64,000 nucleotides of DNA from Microgenomates group bacterium (GTDB lineage Bacteria; Patescibacteriota; Microgenomatia; UBA1400; MFAQ01), in NCBI GenBank assembly GCA_049303575.1, contig JBAQNH010000002.1:180717-244716 (forward strand), in the 5' to 3' direction. Shown piece by piece: positions 36,331 through 44,304 of this stretch. The translations under genes and the position numbers were made by a program. The notes beneath the pieces were generated by a model, which worked only from the letters and a program-made list of their open reading frames with translations, searched no databases and had not been told where the DNA came from. Positions within the stretch are counted from its first letter, which is position 1; each line of letters begins with the position of its first letter.

Positions 36331-36361
36331 ACTATACACCTTCCAGTAACTAGAAGGTCAA
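36331..36361 (-). promoter_or_regulatory. MerR-type promoter with 19-bp spacer containing a CueR-box-like palindrome (ACCTTC-N9-GAAGGT)
   Basis: Minus strand reads TTGACC (-35, rc of 36356-36361), a 19-nt spacer containing CCTTCTAGTTACTGGAAGG, then TATAGT (-10, rc of 36331-36336). The dyad ACCTTCCAGTAACTAGAAGGT spans 36338-36358. This is the same architecture as E. coli PcopA. The start codon of the MerR gene is 7 nt downstream of the -10. Confidence 0.6.
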
Positions 36362-36382
36362 TAGATAGATATAATCAAACTA

Positions 36383-36982
36383 ATGGAAAACACTCAAGCC
36401 GTTTCTCACCTTAGAAAAGACAAGGTTCTTAATTTGATTATCGACAAATACAAGGTTTCTTCTCCAAAAATTTCTGTCAATCTTTTCCAAGATCTCTTAG
36501 AGTCCATTATTAGTCAACAACTCTCCAATAAAGCTGCCACCACAATTTTCAATCGTTTTCTTAGTCTATTTCCTAAAGAACAAGTTCCCCAGCCAGAAGA
36601 AATTTTAAAACTTAACGAAGAAACCCTTCGCTCTTGCGGTGTCTCACACCAAAAAGCCTCATATCTTAAATCTCTTGCCGAGGAAATAGCTTCTCAAAAA
36701 TTAGTTTTGGATAATTTACACCTTTTAGAAGATGAAGAGGTCATTTTGGAACTTACCAAAGTCAAAGGAATTGGTCGTTGGACGGCTGAAATGTTCCTCA
36801 TTTTTTCTCTCGGTAGGCAAAATATTTTTTCGGTCGGAGACCTTGGACTTCGTTCCGCAGTTGCCAAACTTTATGGAGTAAATAGGGAAGATAAAATAAA
36901 AATTGAAGAAATTTCAAAAAGTTGGAGTCCGTATCGATCTCTTGCCAGTCTTTACCTTTGGAAAAGTCTTGAAAACAGTTAG
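36383..36982 (+). CDS. HhH-GPD superfamily DNA glycosylase (AlkA-like 3-methyladenine DNA glycosylase II)
   Basis: ...VKGIGRWTAEMFLIF... HhH-GPD motif with catalytic Asp region (SVGDLGLR). Confidence 0.75.
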   Translation: MENTQAVSHLRKDKVLNLIIDKYKVSSPKISVNLFQDLLESIISQQLSNKAATTIFNRFLSLFPKEQVPQPEEILKLNEETLRSCGVSHQKASYLKSLAEEIASQKLVLDNLHLLEDEEVILELTKVKGIGRWTAEMFLIFSLGRQNIFSVGDLGLRSAVAKLYGVNREDKIKIEEISKSWSPYRSLASLYLWKSLENS

Positions 36983-36991
36983 AATAGTCCT

Positions 36992-37654
36992 ATGGCAGTT
37001 CGTCTGGAAAAATCATGGAAGGAATTACTTAAAAACGAGTTTGATAAACCATATTTCAAATCGTTAAGTGAGTTTGTTCACAACGAATACAAAACAAACA
37101 CCGTTTATCCTCCCGCCAAATTTATTTTCAACGCCCTCGATAGTCTTCCTGTTGACAAAGTCAAAGTAGTAATCATCGGCCAAGATCCATATCACGGTGA
37201 AGGCCAAGCCCATGGACTTTCTTTTTCCGTTCCCGACGGTATTTCTCTGCCTCCCTCGTTGCAAAATATATATAAAGAACTCGGTACAGACCTTGGTAAA
37301 AACCACTCCCAGTCTGGAAATCTTGAACGCTGGGTCAAAGAGGGGGTTTTACTTCTCAACGCTACTCTCACGGTAAGAGCTCACCAGGCCGGTAGTCATC
37401 AAAATAAAGGTTGGGAACAGTTTACCGACGCCATCATCCATCACCTTGCTGACAGCAAAGAAAACTTGGTTTTCATTCTCTGGGGTAACTATGCTCAACG
37501 AAAGGGTGCCTTTATCGACACACAAAAACACCTGGTTATCAAATCCGCCCATCCCTCACCGCTTTCTGCCCACAATGGCTTCTTTGGTAGCCAGCCTTTC
37601 AGCAAAACCAACAAATATTTAGAAGCTCACGGTCGCTCCTCCATAAATTGGTAA
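36992..37654 (+). CDS. ung: Uracil-DNA glycosylase (family 1)
   Basis: GQDPYH, LLLNATLTV, HPSPLSA motifs. Confidence 0.9.
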   Translation: MAVRLEKSWKELLKNEFDKPYFKSLSEFVHNEYKTNTVYPPAKFIFNALDSLPVDKVKVVIIGQDPYHGEGQAHGLSFSVPDGISLPPSLQNIYKELGTDLGKNHSQSGNLERWVKEGVLLLNATLTVRAHQAGSHQNKGWEQFTDAIIHHLADSKENLVFILWGNYAQRKGAFIDTQKHLVIKSAHPSPLSAHNGFFGSQPFSKTNKYLEAHGRSSINW

Positions 37655-37655
37655 C

Positions 37656-37922
37656 ATGCATCTCACTATCGTCGCCAAAGCAAAAAAGAAACAAGAAAAG
37701 GTAGTCCAAATTAACTCCGACACCTACGCTGTTTCGGTGAAAGAACCTCCCTCCGAAGGGCGAGCTAACGGTGCCATTATCAAATCTCTGGCCAAATATT
37801 TCTCTATTTCTCCCTCTCAAATTACTCTCGTCTCTGGTCATACAACCAAAATAAAGGTTGTCGAGGTACCAGACCACCTCGTCGACTTTGAGCTACTTCC
37901 CAAGCAAAAACCTCTTTTTTAA
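37656..37922 (+). CDS. DUF167/YggU-family protein
   Basis: 88 aa; ...AVSVKEPPSEGRANGAIIKSLAKYFSI...ITLVSGHTTKIKVVEV is the YggU-like pattern. Confidence 0.55.
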   Translation: MHLTIVAKAKKKQEKVVQINSDTYAVSVKEPPSEGRANGAIIKSLAKYFSISPSQITLVSGHTTKIKVVEVPDHLVDFELLPKQKPLF

Positions 37923-38016
37923 CCCTATATTCAGGCACAATCTTTTTCTTTTGTCCTATAACTAAAATATTTGCTATAATACCCCCAAACACTCGTACTT
38001 TAATAAGGAGGATAAA

Positions 38017-38667
38017 ATGGAAGATAAAGAAGCTTTTGACAATACCTGGATTGAAATTGGTGGTAATATCGCCAACGGTGATCGCCGACTTAGCCTGGGT
38101 AATCTTCTGGCTATCCATCACAATCTCGAACTTGAAAAAATAGACCTGCTTTTTCTACCTGATATCCAAACTGTCACCGGCACGGTGAAGCAACGGCGAG
38201 AAGCTATTTTCTACACGGCCGAAACTCTTTGGGGCAAAACTCCAGAAGAATGGCAGGAGATGGAGATTGGCTGGCTTGCCGTAGCCCGTAGTATCTACTC
38301 ACTTCCAAGATCTTCGGGAAAACACAGATTAAGTGAAGTTGTCTCGGCTGAAATTCTTGTCCGCATTGTCGCCGCCGCCAACCTGGCCATCAAGGTGGTA
38401 AACAAAAATCATTCCCATCTGACTGGTCTCTACCGTGAAGCTCTTTGGAGCATTAATATCATCCTGATGGAAGTCTGTGCCAAGGGGCGCACTCGAACAC
38501 AACGAATGAGTGATATGAGTGATACCACAGTCTTTGATATCCTCAAGGGGGGTGGTTTAATGATCGGCACTGGTGAAAAATATCTACCCAATCCGTCATA
38601 CGCCCTCCCCAAGCTGCTGATGATGCTCCACCGCGACTATCTTCGCCCTGAGGTCTATCTGTCATAA
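38017..38667 (+). CDS. Hypothetical protein (strong SD, own terminator, higher GC than its neighbours)
   Basis: AAGGAGGATAAAATG, 216 aa, no recognisable family; followed by the terminator at 38677-38701. Confidence 0.5.
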   Translation: MEDKEAFDNTWIEIGGNIANGDRRLSLGNLLAIHHNLELEKIDLLFLPDIQTVTGTVKQRREAIFYTAETLWGKTPEEWQEMEIGWLAVARSIYSLPRSSGKHRLSEVVSAEILVRIVAAANLAIKVVNKNHSHLTGLYREALWSINIILMEVCAKGRTRTQRMSDMSDTTVFDILKGGGLMIGTGEKYLPNPSYALPKLLMMLHRDYLRPEVYLS

Positions 38668-38676
38668 CAGCTACCT

Positions 38677-38701
38677 AACCCACTCACCCGAGTGGGTTTT
38701 T
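38677..38701. terminator. Bidirectional rho-independent terminator
   Basis: aaCCCACTC-accc-GAGTGGGttttt between convergent genes. Confidence 0.75.
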
Positions 38702-38714
38702 AAACCTAAAATGT

Positions 38715-39536
38715 TCAAAGCCAACGAAAAAATCCTCCTGGAAACTGGACTAGTTTCCCTCCGAATCTTCTCTTAAACTCAGTAAAACCTCTCCATCTTT
38801 TTTGTGGCCAGCGCGGATCAAATACTCCTTCAAAATCCCAGTACTTCAAACCCATTTTTTTTGACCTAAGCATCTCGTCCCAGACCAGTTTGTAGTGCGC
38901 TCCGGACTTTCTTCCCTCTTCACTCGTCCAAGTCATGTAATAGTTGGCGGTGTCTTTGGAGTAAACAATCATCAATCCGGAATGATATTCATCGCCCACC
39001 CGACTCACTACCAACCGTACCTTTCCCTTAAAACTTTTTATCAAATTCTCTACCTCATCGGATTTCATAATCCAAATTTTTGACGATTTTTTCCACAGCT
39101 CACAAAATTTTTTTGGTTCGGCGTCCTCAATTATTACTCCCACGTTTTTGTTAATTAATCTTTTGGCATTATCCGACAGACCACCCCACAACTCCTTTTC
39201 ACTTTTAGTCAAGTCGTTAATATATGAACTCATTGCCAAATAGGGAAAACGAGTCAAATAATAACCCGCTTGTCTAAAGGCCTCCGGGTTTTGCACTCTT
39301 TGCGGCTCGATAATTGAATTTGCCACCCAGTACTTTCTTTTGAGTCTCCTCAACTCTTTAAAGTCTGGATCATAGTTTGACCTTTGGATTTTCATCATCG
39401 AAAAAGGCCACCAGCCAAGACGTAAAATAAAAGCCTGCATTGTATGTCTCCCGTCGGACGCTTTTAACTGCACCGTTTTCCAACCACGGTGTTTTAGATG
39501 TCCTTCCCACCCTTTATTTTGGCGAATATCTTCCAT
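38715..39536 (-). CDS. FemAB-family peptidoglycan interpeptide-bridge aminoacyltransferase (paralog 2)
   Basis: ...YYMTWTSEEGRKSGAHYKLVWDEMLRSKKMGLKYWDFEGV... is the FemAB C-terminal domain. Start set at ATG 39536, overlapping the upstream stop as TAATG. Confidence 0.65.
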   Translation of the reverse strand: MEDIRQNKGWEGHLKHRGWKTVQLKASDGRHTMQAFILRLGWWPFSMMKIQRSNYDPDFKELRRLKRKYWVANSIIEPQRVQNPEAFRQAGYYLTRFPYLAMSSYINDLTKSEKELWGGLSDNAKRLINKNVGVIIEDAEPKKFCELWKKSSKIWIMKSDEVENLIKSFKGKVRLVVSRVGDEYHSGLMIVYSKDTANYYMTWTSEEGRKSGAHYKLVWDEMLRSKKMGLKYWDFEGVFDPRWPQKRWRGFTEFKRRFGGKLVQFPGGFFRWL

Positions 39537-40552
39537 TATTTTCTCAGCCCTGCCAGTAATTTTAGTCCCACCCATCGTAAACTATCTGTTAGTCCATAAA
39601 GCTTATACAAGGTTGGCTTAACTACCAAATCAAAACTTCCCAAAAACTCGACCAACTCCGCGCCATATCCCTGCTTAAATTTATGGAAGCCATACCATGG
39701 ATCCTTTAAATCTGGTGTCGGTCCCAAACTTCCCCACATATCAAACAAACGGCAACCCTGTTTTTTTCCAAAGCGAATCACTTCCCACATCATCAAGTTA
39801 CTCGCCATCACCTCTCTGTTTTCATTACTTGAAGCTCCATATGGATAATAGATTGTGTCATTGAGAATAAAAACCATCCACGCCGTCAACGTTTTTCCCT
39901 CATAAATAGCTTTAAACAAATGCCCCATTCCGGACTCGGTCATTGTTTGCCACATTTTATAGTGATAACTTTTTCCATGAGCAAAAAAACCCTGTCGTCT
40001 AGTTGTTTCTTCCATCAATTTCCAATAGTCTTCAAATCCAGTTTCGCTGTTATCTTCAATTATTTGTACTCCTCTTTTTTCTGCCAATCTTAAGTTGTAT
40101 CTCGTTTTTTGGTGCATGTTTTTCAACAATTCTTCCTCACTTTTGGAAATATCTAGTTGGAAAGTGAATTTTGTGAACAATGGTTTACCCTTTACCCAGT
40201 TAAAATCCTTTTCCAACTCTGTAATTTTCTTTTCCGTTTTGGCATTTATCTTTTCGTTCGGTTCAAACTTTACAAAAATTGCTCTTTTTTTCTCCGCCTC
40301 TTTTTTTATAGCTTCGATTTCTTCCTTGTTTGGCACTGTTGATTTTGGACAATACCCGATACAAAACTTGGTGTAGGGGATCCGGTGCCAGGTAATCTGA
40401 AAAACTTTATCAATATTTTTTTCTCCAAAACCAAGTCGGGACAAACCCACACCAGTTTTTTTGCGGAACTCACCCCACGCCCACGACTGCAACGGATGTT
40501 TTGCCGCTTTGTCAAAATTTCGTTTCTCAATTTCGGAAATTTCTTTAATCAC
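39536..40552 (-). CDS. FemAB-family peptidoglycan interpeptide-bridge aminoacyltransferase (paralog 1)
   Basis: ...QSWAWGEF..., ...YYPYGASSNENREVMASNLMMWEVIRFGKKQGCRLFDMWG... Confidence 0.7.
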   Translation of the reverse strand: MIKEISEIEKRNFDKAAKHPLQSWAWGEFRKKTGVGLSRLGFGEKNIDKVFQITWHRIPYTKFCIGYCPKSTVPNKEEIEAIKKEAEKKRAIFVKFEPNEKINAKTEKKITELEKDFNWVKGKPLFTKFTFQLDISKSEEELLKNMHQKTRYNLRLAEKRGVQIIEDNSETGFEDYWKLMEETTRRQGFFAHGKSYHYKMWQTMTESGMGHLFKAIYEGKTLTAWMVFILNDTIYYPYGASSNENREVMASNLMMWEVIRFGKKQGCRLFDMWGSLGPTPDLKDPWYGFHKFKQGYGAELVEFLGSFDLVVKPTLYKLYGLTDSLRWVGLKLLAGLRK

Positions 40553-40578
40553 CTTTCTATTTTATCCCTTTTTTATGC

Positions 40579-42495
40579 TTACCAATTATCAATCTCGGCA
40601 AAATCGTCCTTTGTTGCTTCCGCAATCTCCCAGTCTTGGATAATAATTCTTTTCTTCTCTCCAAACTCATCCGTCTCCGCTAAAGGTTTAGTCATTTTTC
40701 GCTCGACTTCTCGTACCCCACCCACTCTTTTTAACAGCCTCTCCGGTATCTCGGACAAAAATCTTGATGGTATCGAAGAATGGCGTCCGCCAAAAACCAA
40801 TCTATTCCTTGCCCAAGACAAGGTCAATTTTCTTTTTGCTCGTGTCATGGCTACATAAATAAGGCGTCGTTCTTCTTCAATCTGTTCCTTCTCTCCGGAA
40901 AGCATTGATCGTGAATGGGGGAACAGTCCCTCTTCCAACCCCACCACAAACACGTTTTCAAACTCTAGTCCTTTGGCGGCATGCACTGTCATCAAAGTAA
41001 TTTTTGCATTTGATTTATGTTGTTTAATTTCCGATTCGGACAAAGCCGCACTCTCCAAAAATTTCTCCACATTTTTGTAATCAGAGGCCACAGCCAAAAG
41101 TTCGTTGATGTTTTCAATTCGTGCCACATCATCATCGTCCCGTTCATCAAATCTCTCCAAAAAACCAACGGCGTTAATAATCTCCTCCAAAAGTTTTCCC
41201 GGATTTTCCTGTTTTTCCTCGTCCGTTTTTTGCTCAAGCCACCTGTCAAAAACATCAGCCCTTCTTTTTCCTAGCTTTTCAATTCTTGTTCGGCTAATTT
41301 CCTCCTCCGGATTATTCAGTACCCGTAAATAGGCAATTAAATCTTTAATCTCGGCTCGGTTATAAAATCGTAAACCACCCACCAACTTGTAGGGAATATC
41401 TCGCCGCATTAGTTCGTCCTCAAAAGCACGTGACTGAGCGTTTGTCCTATAAAGTATGGCCACGGCACCATCTTCTTCTGCGGTTTTTCTCCCCTGCTCC
41501 ACCACATATTTTGCTTCATCTCGCTCATCACCCGCCTCAAAAAAATTCACCATTTCACCCGATCCTTCCACTGTTTCCAAATGTAAAGTTGGGTGTGTCG
41601 TGTTGTGGCTGATTACGCCATAGGCGGTATCCAGAATATTTTGAGTGCTTCGATAATTCATTGGCAAACTTACCATTGCTGCTTTAGGGTACTCTGTTTT
41701 AAACAAAACTAAGTTTCGGTAATCGGCTCCACGGAAAGAATAAATTGCCTGAGCCGCATCTCCCACGGCTGTAATATTTTGTTTTTCTCCTGCCAGCAGT
41801 CTGGTTATTTCAAACTGCGCTCTATTGGTATCTTGATACTCATCCACCAAAATCCATTCCAACTTTTTATTTACATCTTCTCTGATTCGGTTGTTTTTCA
41901 AAAGTTCTACCGCCTTAACTAATAGATCATCAAAATCTACCGCATTATTTTTCTTCAGTTTGTCTTGATAGGCTTTCCACACCTTCACCACCAATCGGCG
42001 AAAATAGTCACCAGCCTTAGTTTCTGCCTCGGTTACACTCACCAAATCGTTTTTCATTTTACTGATTATGGCCAAAAACATTGCCGGCTTAGACTCCTTT
42101 GGGTCCATGTCTAACTCTTTAAGAACCTTTTTCATTGTTGCTTCAGAGTCATCGCTATCAAATATGACATAATTTGGCATTACTGCCACATTTTGACCAT
42201 ACTCTCGCAACAGTTTGGCGCAAAAAGTGTGGAATGTTCCCGCAAAACCCAACGATCCAGCTTCTCCACCTAAATTCTTTACTCTTTGTCTCATCTCTTC
42301 AGCCGCCTTGTTTGTAAAAGTTAGTAAAGCAATTTTTTCTGCACCAATACCCATTTTCTGAATCAAATATGCCGCTCTATATGTTAGTACTCTCGTCTTT
42401 CCGGAACCAGCTCCAGCCAAAATTAGAAGAGGCCCCTTTCCATAAGTCACCGCCTCCTTTTGTTCTTTGTTTAGTCCTTTTAAAAAATCATCCAT
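40579..42495 (-). CDS. pcrA: ATP-dependent DNA helicase PcrA/UvrD
   Basis: LNKEQKEAV...LAGAGSGKTRVLT, DEYQDTN, ...VHAAKGLEF.... Start set at ATG 42495 (MDDFLKGLN...). Confidence 0.9.
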   Translation of the reverse strand: MDDFLKGLNKEQKEAVTYGKGPLLILAGAGSGKTRVLTYRAAYLIQKMGIGAEKIALLTFTNKAAEEMRQRVKNLGGEAGSLGFAGTFHTFCAKLLREYGQNVAVMPNYVIFDSDDSEATMKKVLKELDMDPKESKPAMFLAIISKMKNDLVSVTEAETKAGDYFRRLVVKVWKAYQDKLKKNNAVDFDDLLVKAVELLKNNRIREDVNKKLEWILVDEYQDTNRAQFEITRLLAGEKQNITAVGDAAQAIYSFRGADYRNLVLFKTEYPKAAMVSLPMNYRSTQNILDTAYGVISHNTTHPTLHLETVEGSGEMVNFFEAGDERDEAKYVVEQGRKTAEEDGAVAILYRTNAQSRAFEDELMRRDIPYKLVGGLRFYNRAEIKDLIAYLRVLNNPEEEISRTRIEKLGKRRADVFDRWLEQKTDEEKQENPGKLLEEIINAVGFLERFDERDDDDVARIENINELLAVASDYKNVEKFLESAALSESEIKQHKSNAKITLMTVHAAKGLEFENVFVVGLEEGLFPHSRSMLSGEKEQIEEERRLIYVAMTRAKRKLTLSWARNRLVFGGRHSSIPSRFLSEIPERLLKRVGGVREVERKMTKPLAETDEFGEKKRIIIQDWEIAEATKDDFAEIDNW

Positions 42496-42528
42496 GCCAA
42501 TATATTGTAGTAGAAAGTTAGCATATAA

Positions 42529-43233
42529 TTGACTCAAACCATGAAGTACGTTATTGGCAACTGGAAAAGTAATCAAAACCTCACCGAGTCCTTAATTTGG
42601 ATTGACGGAATTCATGCCCTTAAGCCAAAATTTCCTGCCGACATCGCCATTATTCTTTGTCTTCCCTTTACCGACATCGCCGCTTTTAATCACAAAATTG
42701 CCGATCTTAATATCCCTATTATTACCGGTGCCCAAGACGTTTCCCATCTTGCTCCTGGAAAACACACCGGCGAAATTACCGCTAACATGCTTGGGGAACT
42801 TGTCAGTTACTGTATCGTTGGGCACTCGGAACGCCGTCGTGATTTTAACGAGACAAGTCAGATGGTAGCCGAAAAAGCCAAGCTTCTTCTGGAAAACTCC
42901 ATTACTCCCATAGTTTGTCTTGATCTACCGTACTTAGATGAACAAATCAAAGAACTTTTTCAAAGAAACGTCGACGTTTCTCGCTGTTTCTTCGTGTACG
43001 AACCGATAGCCGCCATTGGTACTGGCCATCCTCTGGATCCAATCGAAGCCAATCACACCACCAACCAGATTGGTTTCTTGCTAGACAACGTCGCCCCGGT
43101 TCTTTACGGCGGTTCGGTCACCGCCGACAACGTCAAATCTTTTGTGGATCAAAGTCGTATCGACGGAGTCCTGGTAGGTACCGATAGTCTTGAACCGACT
43201 CTTTTTGCCGGAATCATCAACAGTCTTACCTAA
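42529..43233 (+). CDS. tpiA: Triosephosphate isomerase
   Basis: GNWK, GHSERR, YEPIAAIGTG motifs. Confidence 0.9.
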   Translation: MTQTMKYVIGNWKSNQNLTESLIWIDGIHALKPKFPADIAIILCLPFTDIAAFNHKIADLNIPIITGAQDVSHLAPGKHTGEITANMLGELVSYCIVGHSERRRDFNETSQMVAEKAKLLLENSITPIVCLDLPYLDEQIKELFQRNVDVSRCFFVYEPIAAIGTGHPLDPIEANHTTNQIGFLLDNVAPVLYGGSVTADNVKSFVDQSRIDGVLVGTDSLEPTLFAGIINSLT

Positions 43234-44304
43234 ATGAAATTAATCCACATCAGACCTGCCAGAGTTTTCATTCGCCTCGTTTCCTTTATCAGGCGTCATC
43301 TTGTAATTATTTTTGCTGCTCTTCTTATTACCGGACTGGGATTTCTGGGTGCACAAGGACTGAGTCTCCTTTCAAGATTTCACATCAAACCCCAAGACCT
43401 TTTAAGTTTTTTTGGTACACCGTCAGAAAATCTCGATAACACCAATGGGGTTACTAATTTTTTGATTCTCGGCATCAGAGGAGAAGGTACTGACTCACCA
43501 AACCTTGCCGACACCATCATCGTTGTTTCCTACAATCACGAAACCAAAACCCCAACCATGATTAGTGTTCCTCGTGATCTTTGGGTGCCTTCAATTCAAG
43601 CAAAGATAAACACTGCCTATTACTACGGTGAACAAAAGGACCCTCCCGCTGGAATTCAAATGGCCGAAGCTGCCATTCTCGAAGATCTGGGTACTCCAAT
43701 TCATTACACCGCCATCATAAACTTCACCATTTTTAAGGAAACAATTGATCTTCTCGACGGCATTGATGTTGATATTAATCCGGGGTTTTCTGACACCGAA
43801 TTTCCCGTCCTCGGCAAGGAAAATGCAATACCAATCTCTGACCGATACGAAACCATTACCTTTGCTACTGGCTCGGCTCATCTAAATGGCGAAATGGCCC
43901 TCAAGTTTGTCCGCTCCCGTCACTCGGTAGGGGACGAGGGTACCGATTTTGCCCGTTCTCGTCGTCAACAGTCAGTCATCTCCGCTCTTCGCCAAAAAAT
44001 GCTCACCCCAGCCTTTCTCTTGGATAAAAATAAGCTAGATGCCTTCTTTGAAATTCTCGACCGTAATCTCATCACCAATCTGGATAACAAACTCTATCCA
44101 ACTTTAGCAAAAATTGCTCTCGACACTAGAAATAATCCTGTTAAATCGGTCACCTTTTCCGACCAGCCAGATGAAAACGGCATCACCATTTTATATAACC
44201 CACCCGTCAATCAGTTCAAAGGTGAGTGGGTTCTTATTCCTAAAGATAACAACTGGTCTGCCCTCAAAAAATATCTGGATAATCTCCTCAAAGGTAAGCA
44301 ATAG
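43234..44304 (+). CDS. LytR-CpsA-Psr (LCP) family cell-envelope glycopolymer transferase
   Basis: N-terminal TM, then ...FLILGIRGEG...LADTIIVVSYN...MISVPRDLWV.... Confidence 0.8.
   Translation: MKLIHIRPARVFIRLVSFIRRHLVIIFAALLITGLGFLGAQGLSLLSRFHIKPQDLLSFFGTPSENLDNTNGVTNFLILGIRGEGTDSPNLADTIIVVSYNHETKTPTMISVPRDLWVPSIQAKINTAYYYGEQKDPPAGIQMAEAAILEDLGTPIHYTAIINFTIFKETIDLLDGIDVDINPGFSDTEFPVLGKENAIPISDRYETITFATGSAHLNGEMALKFVRSRHSVGDEGTDFARSRRQQSVISALRQKMLTPAFLLDKNKLDAFFEILDRNLITNLDNKLYPTLAKIALDTRNNPVKSVTFSDQPDENGITILYNPPVNQFKGEWVLIPKDNNWSALKKYLDNLLKGKQ

Noticed and set aside
42529-42540. Alternative tpiA start at ATG 42541 (MKYVIGNWK)
   Set aside because: Both starts are plausible. The longer ORF was kept because TATAAT sits immediately upstream of 42529, but the 4-codon difference cannot be resolved from sequence.
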